Assembly: GCA_964434475.1 (NCBI GenBank)
Contig: CAYSVS010000008.1
Span: 1-35,384, forward strand
From: an uncultured Methanosarcinales archaeon
Lineage (GTDB): Archaea > Nanobdellota > Nanobdellia > Woesearchaeales > CAYSVS01
DNA: 35,384 nt
Direction of reading: 5' to 3'
The translations under genes and the position numbers were made by a program. Below are positions 11,550 to 21,235 of the stretch, one piece after another (the stretch's first letter is position 1; every line of letters starts with the position of its first letter). A model generated the notes under the pieces. It searched no databases, was not told the origin of the DNA, and saw only the letters and a list, made by a program, of their open reading frames with translations.

Positions 11550-12998
11550 ATGGTACAAAAAAAGATGGTGAACACAAGAAACAAGAAACTGATAGTATTA
11601 GTATTGTTAACTTTAGTTCTTGTTACTGCAGTAAGCGCTGCACCTACATATGTATTGAAAAGCAGAAGCCTTGTTGGAAATGTATTCAATAACGCAGGAA
11701 GCCTATTAATCAACAACCAAAGCAGTGCATTTGTTAAGCTATTAGACTTTTTCATATTCTTTGCTATATTTGCATCTGTTGCAATGATAGGATTAAAGAA
11801 CTGGGGAGGAGATAAAGTAAAAGGTCCTAGAAACATGATTGCAATTGCATTCGGCTTAGCATTATCAGTTGCATTAGTATGGGGAACAAACATTAGCGTT
11901 GCAACATTGTTTCCGTTTGCATCGTTTTTTTTGGTGATTGTACTCTACATATTTTTCTTTAAACTATTTGCAAATTTAGGAATGACAAGCACATTCTGGA
12001 AATTGCTGCTGGCTTTAGTGTTGACTATATTTACGATATACTTTTTTATAGGTTTTGATGAACTTGATCTTCCTGATAAGTTTGGAAAATCCATAGATAT
12101 TTTTCAAGGCAAAGGCGCAGATATTACAATAACAACAGAAAAAGAAGCAGAGAAGATTACAGAGGGGAAAAAAGGGGAAGAAGAGGTAAAAGGTGAACAA
12201 TACAGACAATTTTTACATAATATAGAATGCGAGGGAGTACCAGTAGGAAAATATATTCTTGAACTTGCAAAGGATAAAGAAGTACCGCACCCTTGTATAA
12301 TATATGGATTGATGATGGCTGAAAGCAACTGCAAAATAGATGACACATCCAGCTCAGGCTACTCTGGATTGATGGCGATTCCAGGAAGTATGTATAGCGG
12401 GTTGAGAGACAACTATAAGGGACAGATTGAAGCAGGATGGAATATATTGTTATCAAAAGACAGAACATTGCAAAGCATTGCAGGATATACAGAAACAGAA
12501 GATAGATGGAAATTTGCGGTTGCAGGATACAACATAGGACAAGCGCCAGTAAAAGATGTTCTTAAGAGATTAGATAAATTAACTTGGGAAAATTTTGTCA
12601 AATCCATAAGGACAACAGATCTTGATAAATATGATATATATAAAGATGAGAATATAGTTAATTCAGGCTTCTATAAATCCAAAAAATTCAGCTCAGGAGA
12701 AGAATACAGACAATATAAGATAAGAGATGAAATGATTAAACATCATCAAAGAACATTTAATTATGCCCACAAATGTTTTAGTGGAATAGAAGCAGGAGAA
12801 AGCATAACGCCACCTGTTGTTAAAGAAAAGGAAAAAGAGGAAGCTAAAACAGAGATTGAAGAAACTAAACTTACAAAAGAACAGCTTGAAGCTAACTTAC
12901 ATAAACATTGCAATAATATAAAAGGCAATTATACAGAATGGACATTTTCACAATGGCTAGGATGCGGAAGGTTGTTGAACAACGCAATAAAAGAATGA
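11550..12998 (+). CDS. Membrane-anchored lytic transglycosylase (SLT/GH23-like) protein: signal peptide, 4 TM, SLT domain
   Basis: YGLMMAES (catalytic-position E258), SSSGYSGLMAI (GLMQ-like), QIEAGWNIL and AVAGYNIG (AYNxG) occur in SLT order and spacing. The start may be 11565. Confidence 0.8.
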   Translation: MVQKKMVNTRNKKLIVLVLLTLVLVTAVSAAPTYVLKSRSLVGNVFNNAGSLLINNQSSAFVKLLDFFIFFAIFASVAMIGLKNWGGDKVKGPRNMIAIAFGLALSVALVWGTNISVATLFPFASFFLVIVLYIFFFKLFANLGMTSTFWKLLLALVLTIFTIYFFIGFDELDLPDKFGKSIDIFQGKGADITITTEKEAEKITEGKKGEEEVKGEQYRQFLHNIECEGVPVGKYILELAKDKEVPHPCIIYGLMMAESNCKIDDTSSSGYSGLMAIPGSMYSGLRDNYKGQIEAGWNILLSKDRTLQSIAGYTETEDRWKFAVAGYNIGQAPVKDVLKRLDKLTWENFVKSIRTTDLDKYDIYKDENIVNSGFYKSKKFSSGEEYRQYKIRDEMIKHHQRTFNYAHKCFSGIEAGESITPPVVKEKEKEEAKTEIEETKLTKEQLEANLHKHCNNIKGNYTEWTFSQWLGCGRLLNNAIKE

Positions 12999-14764
12999 GA
13001 AACTCAAACATATTTGGAATTAGCATAATGATTTTCATACTTATATCCATATTTGTTACAGCGCAAGAAGACATGATATTGACAAGAGATCATGCTACAA
13101 AAAGAGCTATATTGCTTGCAGATGAAGGAGAACTTGATCTTGTCCAGTTCTTTGTAGAGGAGCATGTGAATCAGAAAGAATCGAAAGAAGAAATGCTGCA
13201 ATTGATAGAGGATAGAAGAGCAGGCATAATAAAAGAAGAAATAGAAGAAGAAGAAGAATCAGGAGAGCCTGCTTATGGAGCATCTGCAGGAATAGGTCTT
13301 GCTTTAGCATTATTGTTATTGTTTGCATCAAGAAAAAAATTGAAAGAATGGTCGCAAACATCAAAAGATCCTCAACCAGTATCAAAACCAGAACAAAAAG
13401 AAGAACTAAATTATGAAAAGATAAATGACCTGATGAAAGAAAAAGAAAGATTATACAGAAGAAAACAGGCAAGGATTAAGAGATGGCGGCTTCTTAATGA
13501 AAAGCTAGAAGATATAGACAAAGAGCTTAAAGAAGAATTTAAAAACGCAAAACCGGATTTTCCGTTGAAAGGACTTGACAATGTTTATAGATGTGATAAA
13601 GAGAAGTTTGCAAAACATTATAATTATTTTAAAAAAGAATTAGACAATGTGATGGCTAAAGTCAACCTTAATGCCAACAAGCTTATAGAGATAAAAAAAG
13701 AAAAGAATAGGGAAAAAGCAGGCAAGATGCCTCATGGAGTCAAGATAATACTTGACAAGTCTAAGGAGATAGAAATCATCAATAAAAAGATTGAAAATTA
13801 TCTTTCGAGGAACTTTAAGTTTGATAAAGAGAACATAGAATGGGTTAAAGCGAATGCAGAAAAGATAAAAGAGAAGTATAATGATATAAATACTGATAAC
13901 AGTATAGACGAAGCTGTAAGAATAGGTCTGATTTCAAGAGAAAATTATGATAAACTTGACGAGGAACTTAAAACAATTTATGAGCAAAATAGCAATTTTG
14001 TTGCATATTTCAACAAGATACATAAGAACAATATTAAATTGTTCGAGCTTTTGAGAAAAGAGAATTCTTTGTTTGAGAAAGAAAGAAGTACAGAAAACAA
14101 AGAGATAATTAAATCTAAAAATCTTGATAAAGAATTTACTAACCAAATAAATATATTTAATGAGGAAAAAAAATACCTAGATCTATTCTTAAAAGATATT
14201 AAAGTACATATTGAAGAGCATGAAAAAAAACAGAAAGAAGAAATAAAGGAAGAGAAAAAAGACGAAGAAAAGGTTGAAGAAGCAAAAAAAGAAGTAGAAA
14301 AAGAAAAGAAAAAAGAAAAGAAAAAAAACAAAAGCATATTTGAACAAAAAATTAAAGTTCTTGAACACGCTGAAAAATATTTAAGAGTTCAGTTGAAATC
14401 CTTAGAGAAAAAAAGAACATTTAGAAAACTACTATGGGCAGCAGACAGCAATAATCCTGCGCATTATGTGCACATCAAATTTGAGATTCCATATTCTGAA
14501 AAGTTCAAGGAAAATTTAGTTAAAAACAAACCACAGTATCTATCTCAAAACATAGGGGAATTATATCATACACAAAGAGACAGTCCAGGAAAGTTTACAG
14601 GATTAAATTTTAAACAAAATATAGAAAGAGTAATAATTTCATTCAAACATTACATAAAAATAATAAACAATGAGATACAGTCAATAAGACAAGATGAAAA
14701 AGATTACATGAGCAGAAGTTACAATGCAGAGTCACAATCAAAATACAACATTTTAGGAAAATGA
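12995..14764 (+). CDS. Signal-peptide, single-TM protein with long coiled-coil region
   Basis: Probable start at the ATGA overlap (12995, MRNSNIFGISIMIFILISIFVTAQ); TM GIGLALALLLLFA followed by SRKK; about 480 aa K/E-rich. Confidence 0.78.
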   Translation: MRNSNIFGISIMIFILISIFVTAQEDMILTRDHATKRAILLADEGELDLVQFFVEEHVNQKESKEEMLQLIEDRRAGIIKEEIEEEEESGEPAYGASAGIGLALALLLLFASRKKLKEWSQTSKDPQPVSKPEQKEELNYEKINDLMKEKERLYRRKQARIKRWRLLNEKLEDIDKELKEEFKNAKPDFPLKGLDNVYRCDKEKFAKHYNYFKKELDNVMAKVNLNANKLIEIKKEKNREKAGKMPHGVKIILDKSKEIEIINKKIENYLSRNFKFDKENIEWVKANAEKIKEKYNDINTDNSIDEAVRIGLISRENYDKLDEELKTIYEQNSNFVAYFNKIHKNNIKLFELLRKENSLFEKERSTENKEIIKSKNLDKEFTNQINIFNEEKKYLDLFLKDIKVHIEEHEKKQKEEIKEEKKDEEKVEEAKKEVEKEKKKEKKKNKSIFEQKIKVLEHAEKYLRVQLKSLEKKRTFRKLLWAADSNNPAHYVHIKFEIPYSEKFKENLVKNKPQYLSQNIGELYHTQRDSPGKFTGLNFKQNIERVIISFKHYIKIINNEIQSIRQDEKDYMSRSYNAESQSKYNILGK

Positions 14765-14775
14765 GGTGCTAACAA

Positions 14776-15720
14776 ATGAGAATAAATGAATTTATATCAA
14801 GGATGGTAAGATCAAAATCAAAGATATTAGCGAACTTTGGCCAGAAATGGGCGTCAAAAAGTGTTTCGCGAAATCTAAGAGATTTTGAAGAGGAATTTAG
14901 CCAATTGGTGCATGATATAAAAGAAAGGAATCTTGAGAAAGAAATAGAAGAATTCAATCAACTGATACATAAACTTATTGATTCTGTTAAAGACACACAT
15001 ATAGTGTTTGATGATGCAACTGTACAAACAGAAGCATTGTTCAAGGAAGTTATGAGTTTTCTTTATTCTGACTTCAGGAAACTGCATAAAGTGAAGACAT
15101 TGTCAAAAGAAGAGATAAAAAAGATTTCTGAAGAATGGAAAAAACTTCATAGACAGACCATCAGTGAAATACACAGCAAACACAAAGATGAATACAATTC
15201 TATGTTAAGATTGATCAACTCAGCTAAAGAAGGCGGCAAAAGTCTTATGGAACAATGGACAGACTTCAGCAAGACACAGCAAGGAGGATTGCTGAGCTAT
15301 CTTTTTATGAGGCATGAATTTAAGGCAGAGATGTCTGCAATATACAGCGCAAAACTTTTCAAAAGTGATGTAAAAAAAGCTATAACCAAATTAAACTCAA
15401 GCAGGGATGAAAAGGAAAAAGAAAGATGGAAAAAACAGATAATGACAGGAGTGAAAGGATTTTATCAGAAAGTGCAGGAAGGGGTTGACAAGGCTCATCA
15501 TGTTGTCAAAAGAGAAGTGCTATATCTTTTTGCGATACTAGACCATGCGCAGAGATTATTAAATCTTGAACGTAAGCTGCAGGCTGCTCAAGAATTGCCA
15601 AGCCAAACAGCAGAAAGGATAGAAAAAACTTTAAATGATATAATCGAAAAAGTAAGGGAACTTGGAAAGACTGAAGCAGACGTAACAACAAGAGCAGACA
15701 GGATGCTCAAGGCTGCTTAA
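14776..15720 (+). CDS. Hypothetical helical protein ending LKAA
   Basis: 314-aa amphipathic helical ORF; GAGGTG SD upstream. Confidence 0.8.
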   Translation: MRINEFISRMVRSKSKILANFGQKWASKSVSRNLRDFEEEFSQLVHDIKERNLEKEIEEFNQLIHKLIDSVKDTHIVFDDATVQTEALFKEVMSFLYSDFRKLHKVKTLSKEEIKKISEEWKKLHRQTISEIHSKHKDEYNSMLRLINSAKEGGKSLMEQWTDFSKTQQGGLLSYLFMRHEFKAEMSAIYSAKLFKSDVKKAITKLNSSRDEKEKERWKKQIMTGVKGFYQKVQEGVDKAHHVVKREVLYLFAILDHAQRLLNLERKLQAAQELPSQTAERIEKTLNDIIEKVRELGKTEADVTTRADRMLKAA

Positions 15721-15737
15721 AAAAGAGGTGAATAAAG

Positions 15738-16127
15738 ATGATAGAAGCAAAAGACATAATAAGTTTTGTCATAGGCGCAATATTGTTTGGATTAGGATTG
15801 CTGCCCGTGTTAAAGATTATAGGAATAGGACCCAGTTGGTTTGCATTAAGCTTTTTGTCGGTGCAGATATTTGCATACATTGTAGCGATTGCAGGCTTTT
15901 ACTTGATAATTGAAAGCTTTATAGAGATAACCAACAGCAACGCGATAGGATGGTGGAGTTTTTTGATTGCATCATTGCTTATGGCAGTAGGCATCTTACA
16001 GGTATTATCTGGATTTAATATAGGTCCAAGCTGGTTTAATTTCAACATACCGGTACTAGCATACTATGCTATATTTATGATAGAAGGATTATTCCTGATG
16101 ATAGCGATGTTTGCTATGGAAATCTAA
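15738..16127 (+). CDS. Small 4-TM membrane protein with internal duplication
   Basis: Hydrophobic 129-aa ORF with IGPSWF twice; GAGGTGA SD upstream. Confidence 0.82.
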   Translation: MIEAKDIISFVIGAILFGLGLLPVLKIIGIGPSWFALSFLSVQIFAYIVAIAGFYLIIESFIEITNSNAIGWWSFLIASLLMAVGILQVLSGFNIGPSWFNFNIPVLAYYAIFMIEGLFLMIAMFAMEI

Positions 16128-16131
16128 AAAG

Positions 16132-16974
16132 ATGAGACTATACAGATGGAGACCAACGAGAGACAGTACATTGTGTGCTAGGCTGATCAACCAAACAGGT
16201 TACCTGTTTTCTCTTTTTGAAAGTGTAAAAACAGATTTGGAGAGATTGAAAGAGATTAAGATAAATAAAGACCAGAAAAAATATCTGTCCAAGAAGTACA
16301 TCATATTATTGAGAAAACTCAAGACAGATATTGTTCTTTCAATACTTAACCTAAGGAACATAATAATAGATGCAGAAACAATCTTTTACAGAGAATTCAA
16401 GGATATAAAGCCTATAGAAAAAGACCTGAAAAAAAGACTGAAAAGTATAGAATCAAAGATAGACAAGCAATACACAGAGCAAAAAAAAGAGAATAAAGCA
16501 GAGCTGTACAAAAGATATTTGAAAGACATACATGAATTAAAAGAGACTTTCAAAGAAGAGATCAGAGGGGCTGCAGAAGGAGCAGAAACATTAGAAACTG
16601 GCACAACTAATATACACAAGCTTCAAGAAATATCTTTAAGAAATACTAGAACAGTGCTCAAGAAAATAAAAAGATATGCCATAGAGGTTTTTCAGCTGAA
16701 CAAGAAAGCAAAATATAACATAAATGACATGAAAGTGATATATCAGCTTCATAAAGAGGAAGAAGATCTTATAGAAATAATTGAATATGGTTATGTACTT
16801 CTACACAGGATAAAGAAAGATATAAACAGCATACATTTTCCTGATATGGAACAAAGCTATGTAAGACAGGCTCAAAGGGAAATAAAAAAAATAAACAATT
16901 ATCTTGACAAAAATATTGAAAAGATAACAACAAGCTCAAGAAAAGAACTGCATGAACTGCAAAGAGCAGCATAA
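16132..16974 (+). CDS. Hypothetical helical protein ending QRAA
   Basis: ATG 4 nt after the previous stop; K/E/I-rich helical sequence. Confidence 0.78.
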   Translation: MRLYRWRPTRDSTLCARLINQTGYLFSLFESVKTDLERLKEIKINKDQKKYLSKKYIILLRKLKTDIVLSILNLRNIIIDAETIFYREFKDIKPIEKDLKKRLKSIESKIDKQYTEQKKENKAELYKRYLKDIHELKETFKEEIRGAAEGAETLETGTTNIHKLQEISLRNTRTVLKKIKRYAIEVFQLNKKAKYNINDMKVIYQLHKEEEDLIEIIEYGYVLLHRIKKDINSIHFPDMEQSYVRQAQREIKKINNYLDKNIEKITTSSRKELHELQRAA

Positions 16975-17010
16975 TAAAGTTTTTAAATAAACTTATTTTT
17001 CTCTGATTTC

Positions 17011-17385
17011 ATGAATATCTCAAATAGAAAATTGGCAAGTGATAGCTTGAATAAAAGCATAAACAATAATTATTCCCATATTAAATCATACTATGCCAGT
17101 AATAATCTTACACATAATATATTCAAAAAAAAGTTGTCAATAGCAATCAAGTCTTTGGACAATATAATCAATGCAGAAGATATAGAAGGAATTAAAGATA
17201 AGGATATCCTAAAACAATATCAAGAAACTCTTAAAAAAGGACGTAATAAGTTGAAGACATATAAATCAAAAGGGTTTAAGAACCCTGATAAGAATGAATA
17301 CAAAATAAATGTTGAAAATACATTAATTGTATTGGAATCATTAAGCTATATTGTCCTAAGGAAAAATTCAGCAAGTGTTATGTAA
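17011..17385 (+). CDS. Hypothetical protein
   Basis: 124-aa ORF preceded by AAGTTTTTAAATA (TATA-like) about 25 nt upstream. Confidence 0.55.
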   Translation: MNISNRKLASDSLNKSINNNYSHIKSYYASNNLTHNIFKKKLSIAIKSLDNIINAEDIEGIKDKDILKQYQETLKKGRNKLKTYKSKGFKNPDKNEYKINVENTLIVLESLSYIVLRKNSASVM

Positions 17386-17706
17386 TATAGCACAGACTTT
17401 CTTGCCTTGTTCTAGAAGTTCGTTGTACTTTTTGCAAGCGTCATCTGTTTTTTCTATTATCAGCTTTATTCCGCGGCTTTCTATAAAATCTTTTATCTCT
17501 TGCGGAACTTGAATTACGCCAGAAGCACCGGTTCCGATTATCAGATGGGTTGGCTGAACAGATACAAGATCAACAAAATCCTCAAGCTTGATTATGTGAT
17601 TCTCAAAATATCTGCAATTCTTGATTTTCCTGCCTATAAGCTTAATGTTGCTCTCAAATGTCTTGCCATCAACAACAAACTTGCCGAATTCGTAATGATC
17701 TATCAT
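17368..17706 (-). CDS. Mth938/DUF498 family protein
   Basis: IDHYEFGKFVVDG, LIIGTGASG, TDDACKKYN and C-terminal LHNTC. Confidence 0.92.
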   Translation of the reverse strand: MIDHYEFGKFVVDGKTFESNIKLIGRKIKNCRYFENHIIKLEDFVDLVSVQPTHLIIGTGASGVIQVPQEIKDFIESRGIKLIIEKTDDACKKYNELLEQGKKVCAILHNTC

Positions 17707-17802
17707 TTTATAATCTTATTAAACTCAGCAAATAAATACTTTTTGATTTCACAACATTTATATAATATAGAATAAAAACAAAAATCAAGGAGAGGTGTTA
17801 TT

Positions 17803-18513
17803 ATGGAAATCAAACTTACTAAAAAACCAAAGAATCCTACAATTATTGAAGGCTTTCCAGGATTTGGACTCGTGGGAACAATAAGCTCAGAATTCCTGTT
17901 AGAACATTTGGATTGTGAAAATATTGGAAGTTTATTTCTTGATGAAATTCCTGCGATGATCGCTATACATGATGGAAAGGTTGTGCAGCCATTAGGAATA
18001 TACTATAATAAGAAACATAATATCGTGTTCATACACGGAATTACAGTTGTGCAAGGATTAGAATGGAAGATTGTTGATGCTATACTTGAACTTGCAAAAA
18101 AATTAGGTTCAAAAGAAATCATAAGCTTAGAAGGTATTGGAAATATGAGCGCTTCAAAAAATCCAGAGATATATTTCTATACAAACAACTCACAAAAACA
18201 AAAGAGATTAGAAAATGCAGGACTTAAACAGATAAAAGAAGGGATAATAATGGGTGTTACTGGAGCTATGCTGTTCAAAGGCAAAGAATTGACAAATACG
18301 TGTTTGTTTTCTGAAACAGCAAGTAATATGCCGGACAGCCAAGCAGCTGCTAAAGTTATAGAAGCTTTAGACAAATACCTCGGCTTAAAAGTAGATTATA
18401 AACCTTTGTTAGAGCAAGCTGAAAAATTTGAAAATAAGTTGAAAGATATTATGTCTAAAGGAAAAAAAGCTTCTACAGAGATGCAGAAGAAACAATTAAG
18501 CTATGTCGGCTAA
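17803..18513 (+). CDS. PAC2 family proteasome assembly chaperone
   Basis: IIEGFPGFGLVGTI, IISLEG, PDSQAAAKVIEAL and VDYKPLLEQAE motifs; C-terminal YVG. Confidence 0.92.
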   Translation: MEIKLTKKPKNPTIIEGFPGFGLVGTISSEFLLEHLDCENIGSLFLDEIPAMIAIHDGKVVQPLGIYYNKKHNIVFIHGITVVQGLEWKIVDAILELAKKLGSKEIISLEGIGNMSASKNPEIYFYTNNSQKQKRLENAGLKQIKEGIIMGVTGAMLFKGKELTNTCLFSETASNMPDSQAAAKVIEALDKYLGLKVDYKPLLEQAEKFENKLKDIMSKGKKASTEMQKKQLSYVG

Positions 18514-18624
18514 TTCTCGTCGACAAAATTTTATTTTTATTATACTTGTTTGATAGTGCCTAACTCTTTTTTAGAATTATTATTAAAACATTTAAGCAAT
18601 GATTAATATTGATGTAAGAGATAG

Positions 18625-18844
18625 CTCACTTTTGGTTTTTTCAAAAGTGAGACTTAAATTTATTTTCAATATAGTAATAAATATAATAAAAAAGGCATTT
18701 ACAAAAATGCATTATATAACATAGAGCATCTAACGCATATATTGTAAACCACACTAAATCTTGAATTTTTTTGTCAAATATCAAAGGTTTTTACGCCTAA
18801 AAAATGCTGTTTTTGATTAAAAATAACAAAAAGTGAGACTTAAA
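18625..18844. repeat. Inverted and direct repeats of AAAAGTGAG(ACTTAAA)
   Basis: CTCACTTTTG-N7-CAAAAGTGAG at 18625-18651; identical 16-mer AAAAGTGAGACTTAAA at 18643 and 18829. Confidence 0.8.
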
Positions 18845-18889
18845 GACATATGCATAAGATTTATAAGATAACCTTTTTGTTAAAGAGAT

Positions 18890-19690
18890 ATGATAGATAA
18901 GATTAATGATTATCTCGACGATGAATTGAAAAACATAGATTTTCATGTTGAAGCATGCCTTAATAAGATAGACTACATTATAGAAACAGATAGGAAAATG
19001 ATCGATTCTGAAGAAAACAAAGACAATCTAAACAGGCTTTTCAAATATTTTGATTCGCAATATAAGTTTACATGTTCGAATCTAATCTCTATAATAGACA
19101 AGGAAGAGGAGTTCTTTAGCGATTATATCTCAAAAGACATAAGTTCAGATGAGATTCTAAAGGATATAAAGATATGCTATGAAAAAGCTTGGGAAATAGT
19201 AGAACAACTTAATTCTAACGAGAACAGAAAAGATGAACTAAATAATAAAAAACAAAAATTTTTATCCATATTAATAGAAAAAGATAAAGAAAAATTCAAA
19301 GAGTACAAAAAAGGTTTTTACAATAAATTTTGTGAAGATACAAGGAACTTGACAACAGCATATTTTATATCAAAATTAACATTTGATCTTGTTAAAAAAG
19401 CTTCAAAAGAATATCCTGATACAATATACTTCAAGGAACATTCATTCAATGAAGCTGTAAAATCCTATATTTTATATCATTTTGATATGCTGGATGAAGC
19501 AAAAGCAGCATACGACCAAGCACACCAATATGGGATTTTTGGTCATTATAATTATGATCTAAAAAAAGCAGAAGCTTCTGGACATAAAGAATCATACAAC
19601 GACACAGTTAAATTCATCGGGCTAATGAACAAGCTAGCAAAAAAGCTAAACAAGCCTCAAATAAAGGATAATCCCGACAATATCTACTAA
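18890..19690 (+). CDS. Hypothetical helical protein
   Basis: 266-aa ORF with a TATA-like TTTATAAG about 30 nt upstream; no recognised motif. Confidence 0.7.
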   Translation: MIDKINDYLDDELKNIDFHVEACLNKIDYIIETDRKMIDSEENKDNLNRLFKYFDSQYKFTCSNLISIIDKEEEFFSDYISKDISSDEILKDIKICYEKAWEIVEQLNSNENRKDELNNKKQKFLSILIEKDKEKFKEYKKGFYNKFCEDTRNLTTAYFISKLTFDLVKKASKEYPDTIYFKEHSFNEAVKSYILYHFDMLDEAKAAYDQAHQYGIFGHYNYDLKKAEASGHKESYNDTVKFIGLMNKLAKKLNKPQIKDNPDNIY

Positions 19691-20151
19691 CTACCTAAAA
19701 CACCATACTTTAGAAACATTTCTGGCCATGAACCCCACTTGTTGGATCAAAGGATAGTTAACTATCTAGTCGGAATAATTCCCTAAAAACAGGAGTTTGT
19801 CTATACAGGCAATATGATTATCCCAGAAATAGGTGGTTTGTTGCCAATATTTTATTCTGTATTAATTCCGACAAAATAGTTTGATTAAAACTTATTATCA
19901 AATACTTTATTTCAAGACATAAAATACATTCATAAACAAAAATCTTTAAAAAATAAGGCTTATTTTGGCTCAGAAGCATATTTTGAAACTGAAAAGTGAG
20001 AGTTTAGACAATATTAAATAATGCGATTAAAATATTTAATCAAATATAAAACGTTTTATTCTATACAATATTTAATCAACGCTTAAAACCTTTAGTTGTC
20101 GTCGGGAAAACAGGAGAAAAGTATAAATACTAGTATGTGCAAAATAATAGT

Positions 20152-20610
20152 ATGAAGATAGAACTATGGCATATGAACCCAGGAATAAGTCCAAATAAAC
20201 ACGAATTAGCAAAAGTTATCTTAGCAAGATTTGGTTTAATTCCCAGAAAAAAAGACGCAATTGCACAATTCTACAAACTTATCCTTGAACTGTATGAAAG
20301 AAAGAAGATTGCTATAAAGGAAAAGAAGCCAGAAAAATCTATAATGACAGTAGAGGATATGGCATTATTCGCAAATATAAAACGCCAGACAATGTATGAC
20401 TACCTAAAAAGATGGTTAGTACTACAAATAATCAAAAAGACATCATTCTCAGATAGAGGAAAGATAATACAAGGATATGAGCTTAACGGCAATAATCTAG
20501 AGACAGCATTTTCAAGAGCTCAAGCAATTATCACAAACCATACAGAAACGTCTATGGAATACATACAGGATCTGCAGAAAGAAATTAAGAATGAAAAATT
20601 AAGATCTTGA
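20152..20610 (+). CDS. HTH-type DNA-binding protein
   Basis: MTVEDMALFANIKRQTMYDYLKRW helix-turn-helix followed by a wing. Probable leaderless start at 20152 after TATAAATA at about 20122. Confidence 0.75.
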   Translation: MKIELWHMNPGISPNKHELAKVILARFGLIPRKKDAIAQFYKLILELYERKKIAIKEKKPEKSIMTVEDMALFANIKRQTMYDYLKRWLVLQIIKKTSFSDRGKIIQGYELNGNNLETAFSRAQAIITNHTETSMEYIQDLQKEIKNEKLRS

Positions 20611-21153
20611 AAATACTTGTTTCATCAATTCTTCGTCTATATTAAGTATGTTTTTCTTTGCCTGAAATTCCTTGAATTTTGTATCAAGTCTTAAGAATGG
20701 TCTGCCCATCTTGTATTCTTTTATTACAGGGATACCTTTCTCTATAAGATTTGTAACATACTGCCTTACTAAAGATTCTGTAAGATTAATAGAAGAAGCT
20801 ATGTTTGCATATCTCAATAATTTGTTATCATCAGCTGCATAAAGAACAAGGAAAACCTCTTTTTCCTTTATGCTTAATGGTTGAATCTGATAATCCTCTT
20901 CAATGTTAGGCACAAAACTATCATTGTTTGTCAATTGCCTAAGAAAAAGCTGTATCTGATCCAATCTTTGCGCTAATTTCTCTAGTTTATTGTCGAGCTG
21001 ACAAAGATATTCATAATTGCCCATTATCTCGTTAGTATTATCATTTATAGATTCAAGATGCTGATGAAATTGATCCTTTATATCCTTAAGATTAGAATTA
21101 AGCTCTTCTTTCAGTTTAGCATTCTCCCTATTGCCAAATATATTGAAGACCAT
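20599..21153 (-). CDS. Coiled-coil plus winged-HTH DNA-binding protein
   Basis: N-terminal heptads, then LSIKEKEVFLVLY...YANIASSINLTESLVRQYVTNLIEKGIPVIK. Confidence 0.8.
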   Translation of the reverse strand: MVFNIFGNRENAKLKEELNSNLKDIKDQFHQHLESINDNTNEIMGNYEYLCQLDNKLEKLAQRLDQIQLFLRQLTNNDSFVPNIEEDYQIQPLSIKEKEVFLVLYAADDNKLLRYANIASSINLTESLVRQYVTNLIEKGIPVIKEYKMGRPFLRLDTKFKEFQAKKNILNIDEELMKQVFSRS

Positions 21154-21235
21154 ATGAAAAACAGAACTTAAGCTTGTTTAAATATCTATCGATTTTCAAA
21201 AAATATTTAAATAGAGCATACTTCTTAATACAAGG

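Noticed and set aside
7416..16974. Provirus or conjugative element as explanation for the SLT cluster
   Set aside because: No integrase, att repeats, tRNA target, capsid, terminase, relaxase or VirB4 motifs seen. Not fully excluded without profile searches.
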